From the NCBI RefSeq assembly GCF_003918875.1, contig NW_025765173.1:124001-188000 (forward strand): a stretch of DNA of 64,000 bases. Direction: 5' to 3'. A program made the translations under genes and the position numbers. Each line of letters opens with the position of its first letter. Position 1 is the stretch's first letter. Under the pieces are notes generated by a model. The model ran no database searches and was not told the DNA's origin. It saw only the letters and a list, made by a program, of their open reading frames with translations. This document shows positions 50,231 through 62,532 of this stretch, one piece after another. Source of the DNA: Haliotis rubra (taxonomy: Eukaryota).

Positions 50231-50328
50231 TGAGTGAGTGAGTATGGTTTTACTACGCTTTTAGCAATATTCCAGCAATATCCCGGCTTGGGATACCAGA
50301 AAGGGGCTTCACACCAAACTCACTCACA
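50231..50328 (-). mobile_element. SINE family 1, 3' half
   Basis: GCTTTTAGCAATATTCCAGCAATATC...ACCAGAAA.GGGCTTCACAC. Confidence 0.7.
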
Positions 50329-51323
50329 CATATAAAAAGTAAGGCAAACTCTGATGATGATCCAGCGCTGCTGCGATTGAAAATAATATCTCTTACAGCG
50401 ACTGGTATTACTGTCAGTGTGGAACGTCAGTCAAGATGGCAAATTCAACCATACGATTGATGCAGTGGTGACATCTTGAGATTGTGATTATTCCGAAAGT
50501 AGAGCCCGGTAAAGGTTATGAATATTTATCAACCCTGGGAAAGAAATATTGATACTCGTTATGTAGGGGGTAGATATAAATCCCGCCGAATCAATAGGTC
50601 AAGCTGAAGGTCGAGGACTTTAAATAGGAATGTCAAGGTTAGGGTTAACGTACGCGACACGTGATACCTGATTAGTTACAGGTTCACAGGGACCCTCATC
50701 TTCCATTGTGTTATGTCATTACTTGTATGTCAACAGTTTTGTCCGGTGCTTTATAATGTGTACATTAAACGGAAACAAACAATTACATAGAAATAAATTA
50801 TTTGTTTGTTTTTGATTATCCAGCTGTTATTTTCGGGATTGTTATTCCTAGGTGATATGGGCGTATTGACACAAGCCAGTTAGTTTCTGTATCCAGGTGA
50901 CAATTAAATTGCACTGTACGAAAAAACAAGATACGTTAGCCATGTGCACGTTATGTAACCTGCATGCCAAATCATGAGATTATCAGCCTTTAACAACCAC
51001 TAAGATGACACTCATTACGGCCTAGTGTCAGTATGTCAACATCGAGGCTTCTGGCAGAGGTTTACATTACGATTCCAACAATAATATTTATTTATAGTGA
51101 TAAATACCAAACATAATTTTTCATAACGTCTTTTAGGATAGTGGGACTTTAATTTACTGACCTCGTTTTGACCGTTTTCACTATTTGACTCGCGCAATGA
51201 CGCATGTAAGGATAATCGATAAACAAGACTGCATCAGTGCCAGTTGTTGCAATGTAGTTGCATTTTCACTTTCAATGATATCTTTACGCAAGAGAGCTTA
51301 TACCCTATGTAGACAATTCCGAA

Positions 51324-51540
51324 ATGCCACACTGGCGAGAAAAGTGCCACACGTACCATCTTGGGACTGTATGCACGACCCTGGGTTGTCTCGGGTATCT
51401 CATAACGTTTAGTGTACCCACGTGGAAACAGACTTACTTATACCACACCGTCGACTCCCAACAGAGGATGTACACCACGTCTGGCCTCTGGCTTCAGTGC
51501 GTCGGATGGACAAGATGCAAACCATTCGTCACGGGGGACA
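51324..51540 (+). CDS. Claudin-like gene C, exon 1
   Basis: MPHWREKC...FSVPTW-x19-GLWLQCVGWTRC. Donor A|GTAAGT, phase 1. The longer ORF in the track reads into the intron. Confidence 0.9.
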
Positions 51541-52171
51541 GTAAGTGTATGCGAGGAACCGCATCTGTCGTGTTTCAGGTTTATTTTGGACACTCGATGA
51601 TGGTTCTACTGTTGAAACTAATATTTTCTATCTACACATCGACATGTACATGTTCATCCCTATTCGATACTGTCACTCGCAAACAGATCACAAGTCATTT
51701 CGTAGGTGTAATTTGGATGCCGCCATCTTGGGTTCTATTTATAGTAACGCGAGAGAAGTGGCAATTGTTCTTTTATCTGTATATCTGAAGTAATGACCAG
51801 TAACTGTATTCCACGTGAGACGTATTGTAATGTCTTGAGTAAGTTAGGATGGGCCGTCAGCTGTTATATGACAGTTCAATGGGATAGTTGATGGAAAAGC
51901 TTAGAAGTAGGCGATCATAATAAATGTGATTTCACCATAATCAATAAATGGACTATTATAAGCTGTATGTCCACGTTCCTCCTTCAGCTGAAGAGGACAA
52001 GTTTAAACTAGCTTCAAAAGACTGAGTGTACTCGTCAGGATGCAGACAGTGAATCCTTAGGCCAGAGCCTTTAGAGCTTATGATATTGATAAGATGATAT
52101 AATCTTCAGAATCGTGTCCATTCCGTCAGCATTATTTCAGATCTTGGTCAAGGGTTACCAATCTTTCATAT

Positions 52172-55065
52172 ATGTTGATAACAAACCTATTCTGTATAAA
52201 TGTTGGTATAACAAGGGAGTTATGTTTGTATCTGACATGTTGACAGCAGAAGGGAAATTTCTATCCTTTGATGACTTTATATATCTATATAAACTCAGAA
52301 CAAATTTCCTGACCTTTGAAAGGGTCAAACAAGCAATTATTACTTATATGTTAAATGTAAATATTTCAGATTTTTCTCTGAGCATTAAACCGACATACCC
52401 TTTTAATTTGTCCAAACTAAAATTCAGTGAAAAAGGTAGAAAATATTTCTATGAAACACTCCTATGCTCTTAATTTAAAACAGAACTCTATAATAGAAAC
52501 TGGGATAGCTTGAATCTAAATCTCCTACCAAAGGAGTGGGAAATATTTAATATTATCCCATGGAAGTGCACCTATAGCACTGCTCTAAGATGGTTACAAT
52601 ACAGAATTATCCATAATATTCTACCTACAAAACAGTTTTTGTTTAAGATCAAGTACACAGACTCTCCCATTTGCAGTTTCTGTAAATATAACATTGAATC
52701 AATTACCCATCTATTTTGGGACTGTGAAATTGTTCAAGATATCTGGAAAAACCTCCAGTCATGGCTCTTAACTGGCTTGAATATTCCGTTATATTTCACA
52801 AAACATAATGTTTTACTTGAAATTAAAGGAAAAAATAATAATCCAATTAATGCCATAATACTTGTTGTGAAGCAAGTTATCTTTAGACACAGCAGAATTC
52901 AACTGTACCCTTTATCAGTCATGTGAAAAGGGAGATAATTGATGTATTACGACATTACAAAATATGTTTATTCCTCCTCTTGTGGTGTTGACAAATTCTT
53001 CTCCTTTTGGCCATCTCTACATGCACTCTTCCAGCACTATGAGGAGAGGGATGAATAATTTTGACTATGTTACATACATACATCAATACATCAATGCATT
53101 AATACATACATTAATACATACATCAATACATTAATACATACATTAATACATACATTAATGCATTAATACATACATTAATACATACATTAATACATACACT
53201 AATACATACATTAATGCATACATTAATATATACATTAATACATTAATACATACATTAACAATACATACATTAATATATACATTAATACATACATTAATGC
53301 ATACATTAATACATACATCAATACATACAACAATACATACATAATACATACATACATCCATACATACATTAATACATACATTAATACATACATTAATACA
53401 TTAATACATTAATACATACATTAATACATACATTAATATATACAATAATACATACATCAATACATTAATACATACATTAATACATACATTAATATATACA
53501 ATAATACATACATCAATACATTAATACATACATTAATACATACATTAATACATATACATTAATACATACATTAATACATACATAATAATACATTAATGCA
53601 TTACATTACATAAATACATTAATACATTGCATATATACATACATTAATACATACATTAATACATACATTAATACATACATCAATACATTAATACATACAT
53701 TAATACATACATTAATACATATACATACATTAATACATACATTAATACATACATTAATACATACATTAATACATTAATACATACATTAATACATACATTA
53801 ATATACATTAATACATACATTAATACATACATACATTACATTAATACATTAATACATTAATACATTAATACATACATTAATACATACATTAATACATACA
53901 TTAATGCATACATTAATATATACATTAATACATTAATACATACATTAATACATACATTAATACATACATTAATACATACATTAATGCATACATTAATACA
54001 TACATTAATACATACATTAATGCATTAATACATACATGAATACATACATCAATACATCAATGTATTAATACATACATTAATACATTAATACATACATTAA
54101 TACATACATTAATACATACATTAATACATACATTAATACATACATTAATACATACATTAATACATTATGCATACAATACATACATACATAATACATACAT
54201 TAATGCATACATATATTAATATATACATACATACATACATTAATACATACATTAATACATACATTAATACATACATACATTAATACATTAATACATACAT
54301 TAATAATACATACATTAATATATACATCAATACATTAATACATACATTAATACATATACATACATTACATACATAATACATACATCAATACATTAATACA
54401 TACATTAATACATACATTACATAATACATACATTAATACATACATACAAATACATACATTAATACATATTAATACATACATAATACATACATTATACATT
54501 AATACATACATAATACATTAATACATATTAAATACATTACATACATACATTAATATATACAATTACATACATACATTAATACATACATTAATACATACAT
54601 TAATACATAATAATACATACATTAATACATACATTCATACATACATACATCAATACATTAATGCATACATTAATACATACATTAATAATACATACATTAA
54701 TACATACATTAATACATTAATACATACACATTAATACATACATTAATACATTAATAATACATGCATGCATTAATACATACATTAATACATACATACATTA
54801 ATACATACATTAATGCATACATTAATACATACATTATAACACACACATACATTAATGCATACATATACATATGCGCACGCACGCACACTATGAAGATATG
54901 GTGTATCTGATGGGATTTGCAGACGTTTTTCTATAGAAATATCATTGATTGCTTCTGTATTCTTGTATGTCAGTACAATTGAACCTATCAATGTCATATA
55001 TTGACTTCATGTACTGAACCTATAAACAAGTGAAAAAATGGTAAATAAAAAAATCACCAAAAAAC
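52172..55065 (+). mobile_element. 5'-truncated L1/Tx1-type LINE (ORF2 C-terminal zinc-finger region plus 3' UTR) in intron 1 of gene C
   Basis: Interrupted ORF with WLQYRIIHNILPTK..LFKIK..DSPICSFC....ESITHLFWDC (zf-RVT-like). AATAAA and an A-rich end near 55044-55064. Exact 11-bp direct repeat ATCTTTCATAT at 52161-52171 and 55066-55076. Confidence 0.85.
53070..54885. repeat. Expanded compound microsatellite (TACA/TACATTAA) inside the LINE 3' UTR
   Basis: About 1.8 kb of ATACATACATTA-type units. Confidence 0.95.
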
Positions 55066-55574
55066 ATCTTTCATATGTGTGATCAGTTATCTGTCTGCCA
55101 ACTGTGGGCGTGGTCAGAAATCATGTAAAAATTTCTTCGGGACAGGAGTTTCAGGAGTCCGTTATGTTCTACGCGTGAGTGTATATTTTTTCTCAAACAT
55201 TATATGTGCATTCATTTCAGACACACAAGAATAAGCTATTACTGGTCAAGAGACAATCAAAGTTATGATAGTTGTGTTGCGCCATTCTGTCAGACATTCT
55301 CACGACACAAATACGCACATTAAACACACACACTCACACACGCGCGCACGCACATGCACGCACACACTCACACGCACACACTTAAACTTTCAAACAGTCA
55401 CACACATTTCAGTCAGATGTCGATTGTCCTTTTTCGACAGTATTTTTCACTCGTCAATATTATATCAATTTTGGCAGTGGAAGAGAATGGAGTTCAATCC
55501 TCAGTATCAAACTAGAACCGTATGTGTCAATAATTCATTGTATTTGGTATTGACCTGACCTGTTCTGTTTTCAG

Positions 55575-55724
55575 CTATGTTTCAGAGTGTGAGGTTTGTG
55601 GCTATCATGGCGCTCACATTCTCCATCCTTACAGTCTACATCATCTTCCTACACAACTGTACAACATACTCTAAACGACTGCAGTCAGAAAATGCCGTCA
55701 TCTCCGTCTTCCCTATTTTCCCAG
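55575..55724 (+). CDS. Claudin-like gene C, exon 2 (150 nt)
   Basis: Acceptor CTGTTTTCAG|CT. Encodes TMFQSVRFVAIMALTFSILTVYIIFLHNCTTYSKRLQSENAVISVFPIFP. Donor G|GTAACA. Confidence 0.9.
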
Positions 55725-55854
55725 GTAACATACTAATTAGTTTCTTTATAACCTCAGTATTGCAATAGTCACTCTTGAAAGCATAGGTAGCAATATGTTT
55801 GTTCCATTTATATACATGATTGTACATTCAGTTTTATATTTTTTGTTCTTTCAG

Positions 55855-56081
55855 GCCTTCTGTCAATAGCATCGTGTGTACTGTTTCTGGCAAGTCAAGG
55901 AACTGTCACGGCTTCGTGGGCCGTGTCTTTAACATTTATCAGTGGTGCGTTATGCATTGGCGGAGGAATGATCATGTTTCTTGGTCTCCATTTCGATAGA
56001 TGCAGAGCTTCGAGAACTATCAGCGTTAACCACGGTGTAATTGAACTTCATGTGATGGCCCACCTGTCTGTATCTGGCTAA
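55855..56081 (+). CDS. Claudin-like gene C, exon 3 (short tail); spliced protein 197 aa
   Basis: Not in the ORF track. Acceptor TTGTTCTTTCAG|GC. Manual translation GLLSIASCVLFLASQGTVTASWAVSLTFISGALCIGGGMIMFLGLHFDRCRASRTISVNHGVIELHVMAHLSVSG* aligns with gene B exon 3 (GLL..SCV..L, W, GG....GLH.DR). Confidence 0.85.
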
Positions 56082-56345
56082 CATTGGCACACATGACCAG
56101 TACCTTGGTGACCTTATTGGTCACATTACAGTACCTTGGTGACTTGATGTGGTGGCACACCTGTCAGAAACCATGCGATGTCATTTGAGGGCTCACCTTA
56201 CCGGACCTTGTGACGTCATGTGGTAGCGCACCTGTCAGAAACCATGCAATGTCATTTGAGGGCTCGACTTACCGGACCTTGTGACCTCATGTGGTAGCGC
56301 ACCTGTCAGAAATCATGCAATGTCACGTACCTTGTGATGTCACAT
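56040..56345. repeat. 71-bp tandem repeat overlapping the end of gene C
   Basis: CACCTGTCAGAAA at 56158, 56229 and 56300; degenerate copy at 56044-56072. Confidence 0.8.
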
Positions 56346-56453
56346 TTATGAATATATGTGTAATTATCGGTGAAATCATTTCATTTTGCAACTATAGAAT
56401 TAGACCCATCGTATGTTACATTAAACAGAAGGATATGCCGAACGTTACATATA

Positions 56454-56721
56454 NNNNNNNNNNNNNNNNNNNNNNNNNNNNNNNNNNNNNNNNNNNNNNN
56501 NNNNNNNNNNNNNNNNNNNNNNNNNNNNNNNNNNNNNNNNNNNNNNNNNNNNNNNNNNNNNNNNNNNNNNNNNNNNNNNNNNNNNNNNNNNNNNNNNNNN
56601 NNNNNNNNNNNNNNNNNNNNNNNNNNNNNNNNNNNNNNNNNNNNNNNNNNNNNNNNNNNNNNNNNNNNNNNNNNNNNNNNNNNNNNNNNNNNNNNNNNNN
56701 NNNNNNNNNNNNNNNNNNNNN
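56454..56721. other. Assembly gap
   Basis: N run. Confidence 1.
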
Positions 56722-57654
56722 CTATCTGACTTTTATAAATATATCTATATTAGTCCGACCAATTTCACATCACACACCCTCGTGGACATGCATCATACAA
56801 GCATTCATTTACTTACTTTTACACGTTCATACCTTCTTTTTGTAAATCTTACATTATTAGTTATCTGTTGAAATAGAAACAAACCATGCCCTTAATTGTT
56901 TATTGTAAATACAGTTTAATATTCGAACATCTAAGCATTGGCGATGTTTGTCAGGAGCAACTAAATGAATTATATAAACCTTGTAGCTCTAAGTATGCCA
57001 TCAGAGCTGTTTCTTACTGTGGTCTTTTTAACACATAGATTGAGCGTTTACATCATCAGATATCTTGAACATATTGTACCTTGGTTAGATTCCTAACAAG
57101 GGTTTTTAGCGATATATGAAGAATACTTTGTTGTACAATTTTACTTACATTGCATGACGTGTATTTTGAATACAAGGGAGTTTGAACTTGTCTGGTGTTT
57201 TTGTTGTTTTCCTCAGAAATCATTTATGAAAGTCTGCTAAGTTTGAAAATAATCCACAGTGTTTCTAATTTACGATGAAAATTTCAGTCAGGCTGCTTTA
57301 ACATATCCGGTTTCGACGGTGTTGTAAAATCACAACCCACCGACTCTACAACCTTACCAATATATGACGCCCTGTTGTCACGTATATCCACACTCTCCTG
57401 GTGATTGAGATGACACCCCATCTTGGCACAAAACAGGTGACACTCATTTCCCTTTGGGTTTCTGCACAGAATGCACAGCGTTATCACAAAATTGTATGTC
57501 ATCGAAAATATGTAACTACCCAGGTCGTAGTGACTGTCAGCGTCATAGTATTCAAGATCATTTAACAAATAAAGCCTCGTGTCAGAACAATATAAACCAA
57601 TGATTGATAATATGAGCAATTATTAAACTGCATGTTGCTTAAATCAATGGCTTA

Positions 57655-57818
57655 GGAGCGGTGGGGTAGCCTAGTGGTTAAAGCGTTTGATCGTCACTCC
57701 GACGACGTGGGTTCGATTCCCCACATGGATACAATGTGTGAAACCCATTTCTGGTGTCTCCCGCCGTGATATTGTTGGAATATTGTTAAAAGCGGTGCAA
57801 ACCTAAATTCACTCACTC
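57655..57818 (+). mobile_element. SINE family 1, full length, upstream of gene D
   Basis: A/B boxes, (ACTC)n tail, imperfect TSD CAATG(G/C)CTTA. Confidence 0.88.
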
Positions 57819-58403
57819 AATAAGCAATGCCTTAAGATTGTAACGTGTATACCCAAAGTAACACATATAACCATTGACGTCATGGGAAGAGGATAACCAT
57901 CCATTGATTCACGTAACGTCATCGTATCACAGTTCAATAAGGACAGAGCCATAAGGCGGAGGCTAAAGGTAGTTAAACATGGTATCAATGATACAATGCG
58001 CCATTCAAATGGAACAATTCATGACTCAGAATTATTGCCAACATATGAATCAATTAGATTATTTATGTGATTACAAATACCAATGAAATTCCAAGGACGA
58101 TTTCAACACATGTGATATCGGCGTTGAATGATTAGTTATTTCAAATGTCCTTTTATGAAACTAGTAAAGAGGAAGAATTTTGTCACATTAATGCATTGAT
58201 GTTAGGTTGTTTATTCAGCCGGTGAATTGAACCCATCTAGGGCCAAGCTTGCGAGTGTTATTACAGTATGGAGTGAAATATCAATACCTATATAATACAT
58301 TCATGCAAACAGACACACCAGCTGTTGTCGATCCTGTACACTTACGCTAGTATTTTGAGAAGCTATTCGGACCATTCTCCATGTAGATTGAGACAGTTTA
58401 GCG

Positions 58404-58641
58404 ATGCCTCACTGGGTAGACAAGTGCCGGACATACCGTCTAGGTGTAGTGTGCACCGTCCTGGGATTTCTCGGATATGTCCTGGCATTCAGCCTGCCCT
58501 CCTGGAGCCACGTGTTGGTATATTTTGGCGATATAGACACTGTACAGTATGATCAAGGGGAGTATGTGAATGGAGGGCTATGGCTGCACTCGTGTGAAGG
58601 GTTGTCCAACTGCCAACCATTTAACGTTACACAGCAGACAG
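58404..58641 (+). CDS. Claudin-like gene D, exon 1
   Basis: MPHWVDKC...FSLPSW-x23-GLWLHSCEGLSNC. Donor G|GTGAGT, phase 1. Confidence 0.9.
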
Positions 58642-59150
58642 GTGAGTCGGAATGGATGATGTCACAACTACTCTGTGAATATAGCAAATGTACGTGCACT
58701 GACGTTTGAATAATGAATCAGTTGTATATTTTATCAAATATCACAGAATACTTTCATTCAATGTTTTTATTCTTGGCAAACAGTGAAGGTGTAGTATGCC
58801 TGTTTCTTCTAACAATGCGTTATGTATGGGCAATATTTTCCAACTCTTAGGGTTTTATTTCCATACTGCATATCAGCTATTAAATAGGACTGAATTGAGT
58901 TAATATAATTATTTAGACACAAAAAAAGCACAAATTACAGAAAGGAACTTAGAAAGGTCGGTCTTAACGAGTTCATTCAGTTATAAGGTACCATATTTTA
59001 GGTAAGGGGGGTAATTTGATATTTTGTTGGGATTATCAGTTTACACCATAACATCAACTCACAACGAGATAGCAAGTGATATATAAAAGGTAATGTAGTA
59101 ATTATTAACAAGGTGACAGCTTGATTGTCAAAAGGACAAGTGACACAAAT

Positions 59151-59236
59151 CACCAGAAATGGGCTTCACACATTGTACCCATGTTTGGAATCGAACTCGA
59201 GCGAACGCTTTAACCACTTGGCTACCCACCGCCCTC
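59151..59236 (-). mobile_element. SINE family 1, partial
   Basis: Matches the family head. Confidence 0.75.
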
Positions 59237-60879
59237 ATGTCGGAACAGCAACGTGCTTCATTGTCATATATATTTCAGAAAACAATTTCTCACCTTTTGT
59301 GACAATAGAGAGAGAGAGAGTTGGGTTTGTGGACATAGTGTTTTGTTATAATTACATTAACAGAAGAATGATGCTCTTATATTTCAATGACATATAGAAG
59401 TTATTCTACTGTACAGTTTACCTTCAGATTTGAAAACAAACCTTTAATATGCATCCTGTATGTAATTTAAGTCAGGCTGATGATTTGCCCCACCCCACCT
59501 GTCTCCCCACCCCATCCACCCTAGCAGAATTTGTGTTTGGAAATAACGTCATTCTATAACCATTCTGTATCCATAAGAATATCCGGCCCCTTTCACCATT
59601 ACAATTTAGGGATCCCTCACACAACAGTAATTCTAAATGATTTACCGTTCGTTACCAGGAAGCTTTATCAGATTTTAGCCATGCAGGTGATATATGTACA
59701 CTCAGGTCACCCAGAGACGTATTATCAGATAAGAGACACACGTGGCTGTGTTGCTTAACCACGAAACTATGGTATACTTTTTCACATTGAGAACATGGAC
59801 ATACTTACTCTTTTCACGAACACTCCGTGTCATCTCTTGATTTTCAGTGATCCATGCATACCTTTCACCGCTATTTTGCCTGTTGTACCCATTTAATCTG
59901 TGACTAAATATTCTGAATATATATTTAACTATTGTGTCAATATATAAGTCTGGCAAGACCGATGTTTGACGTACACTCAAACAAAGAACAAATTAGATTA
60001 TGTGACTAAATAATTGAATGTTTTCTACATCATGGTACAAATCGACGAGTATATAGATATCCTGTTTGTATGTCTGGTTCACATGTGCCGAGATAACGTC
60101 CTCCCTACCTAATGTCATTTACGGTATGGAGGTCAGCCTGACCCGTCAGAATCAATACAGCCCAGTAGGATACTGAAGTACTGTCGAGGATATGTCACAC
60201 ATGCAGTGCACTGCTAAGAGTGTATCTAATGGATACATTGGTCCTACGTTATCGCATGTTACGTACTGACACTATAGAACTATAAGGTATAATACACTGT
60301 AAACCATTCGAAGTTTAAACATTATTTACAACTAAACACCCCAATTTTAGTTTTGAAATTTTAAAGAATTAAAATAAAATATTGAAGCATCAGATGACTA
60401 CTATCAGATTGATAAATATGAAATACAGAATAGTCTTTTCTAAATTCTTAAAGGACAAATAGTTTTGGAATACTTGACTGTTTTACTATCAATTACAATG
60501 TTTTTCAATATCTCTTTCTCTTTAACGATCGACATATAAAATTCAGAATGTAACACCATAAGAAAGAGACATTGAACAATATTTGTGTTTGCTGTGAGCA
60601 ATGGAAGTGGCAATGTAGACAAGTTGTGAATGTTCTGTTAATGACCTCTTTTGCTGAAAGTCGAAAAAGTCAAGTGTGAAGCCCATTTCACCAGTCTCCG
60701 GTATCTGCCGAAACACATGTATGTTGTGTGTTAATGACCTCTTTTCCTGAAAGTAAAAGTGCGCAGTGGTGCGCTGTGCCCTTTGTTCTGAAAGTTTATT
60801 ACTTAAAAGTTGACCATTGAAACTCTCGTGAAAACGGATGGGAATGAACTGTCAACTGTTTCTATTAATTGGACGGTGT

Positions 60880-61262
60880 TGAGTGTATTTTCTCGTAATT
60901 GAAATTTTTGTCTCGTTTTTTACATTATTTTCTCGTTGCCTCGAATATTTTCTCGTTGCTTCAGGTTTCTTTCAATAATCTGAAATTTCGAGCATTTACT
61001 CGTTGCTTCGAGTATTTTCTCGTCCCTTCAATTGATTTCTCCTTGCTTCGATTAATCTCTCGTTGCTTCAGGTTTCTGTCAATAGCTTGAAATTTCGAGC
61101 ATTTACTCGTTGCTTCGAGTCTTTTCTCGTCCCTTCAAGTGATTTCTCGTTTCTTCAATTAATTTGAATTAATTCGTTGCTTCAAGTTTCTTTCAAAAAC
61201 TTAAAATTTCAAGTTTTTGAAGGATACTTGAAGTAACGAGAAAATACTAGAAGCAACGAGTG
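60880..61262. repeat. Repeat block of TCGTTGCTTC sub-repeats with a ~107-bp duplication and inverted copies at the right end (probable DNA-transposon relic)
   Basis: Direct and inverted (GAAGCAACGAG) copies are visible. Confidence 0.6.
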
Positions 61263-61753
61263 CGTTCGCTGAAAAACTATTTTATGCTACAGACGTGTCA
61301 GCATTAGGGTTTCACACGATCAATCCTGTACAATGGACGTTGACCTAGGACGTAAAGAACAAGCTCAATCGTCGTCTGAGCACAATGAATCACAGACCTT
61401 GAAACGTCAAACGTAATATGTTCGCTGCATGCTAACTTCTGCCAGTTCCTCGCATGCCAAAACAATAGCCCTTCCAACATAAAAAATAAACCTTTTTTTA
61501 TAAAAAAGATATAAATCAGGACTGAAAACTAACACCTGCAATCATTCTGATATGTTTTGGTGATACTTTTCACAGATATTAACGTTCTTACAAAGGATGT
61601 TTGTTGTAAACATTTATAGTTTTAATATTTTGTACTAAAGCATATATTTCATTTTCCCCTATGTGTTATGAGCATAGTTGTGCAAACTGCAATATGGAAG
61701 ACCATCGTTTCTTCTACTGTGATATATATGACAAACGATCTTGATTGTTTCAG

Positions 61754-61903
61754 TCCTGTTTCACTCAGTGCGATCTTTGGCCAGTGCAACTCTCCTGTTG
61801 TTTGTTATATCGCTGGTCCTTATACCAATATACAACTTCACCGGCTACTCCAGATGGCTACAGAAGGAACCTGTACTTGTCTCAATATTTCCTCTTGTCT
61901 CAG
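61754..61903 (+). CDS. Claudin-like gene D, exon 2 (150 nt); exon 3 not in window
   Basis: Acceptor TTGTTTCAG|TC. Encodes VLFHSVRSLASATLLLFVISLVLIPIYNFTGYSRWLQKEPVLVSIFPLVS. Donor G|GTAAGC. Confidence 0.88.
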
Positions 61904-62532
61904 GTAAGCGATGCCAGTATTCATTGTCTCTTTAGGGAGGTATACAATGGTTAATTTTGTCGGTGTCATACTTCTGGACTGCCATATCTATGTAGTATTA
62001 AGGAGTATTGAAACTTGCCCCGCTCTAAATATGTTGCTGTTGAGTGATTTTGGTTACACGTAAACTAAAACAGTATTACATCTCTAGCATTTCGTGTCTG
62101 TTTGATGTGGGAGGAAAACCCGAAGTGTTTAGACGTTTACCACTTTGGTGCAAGACATGGGTATAGCAATGGTGCTGGCAAACCCATCACCATAATCAGA
62201 GATACATTATATTCGAATCAATGATCACAGGTTTCTGGCGCAGAGAGTTCCGGCACCGATTTAAGCACCATTTCCCCTTTTAACCCAGAAATATAAGGGC
62301 ATTCAACGTCATTGTCGCGAGGTGTTTAGTCATGAGCGGATATAATCACAGTCATATGTTATGTATTTAGGTATAGCCGACATAGCCGACAGCTAGACTC
62401 TTAAAGAATAGGGCAGTTATACTATATGTTATACATATAGCGGGGACAAAGGGCACGTAAAGTCCAAAAGTATACATTGGTTACTATTTATATGTTTTCC
62501 TGTATATAACTACAGGGATGTATAAAAATATA

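Noticed and set aside
35356-56845. ORFs containing X runs
   Set aside because: Artefacts of translating N gaps.
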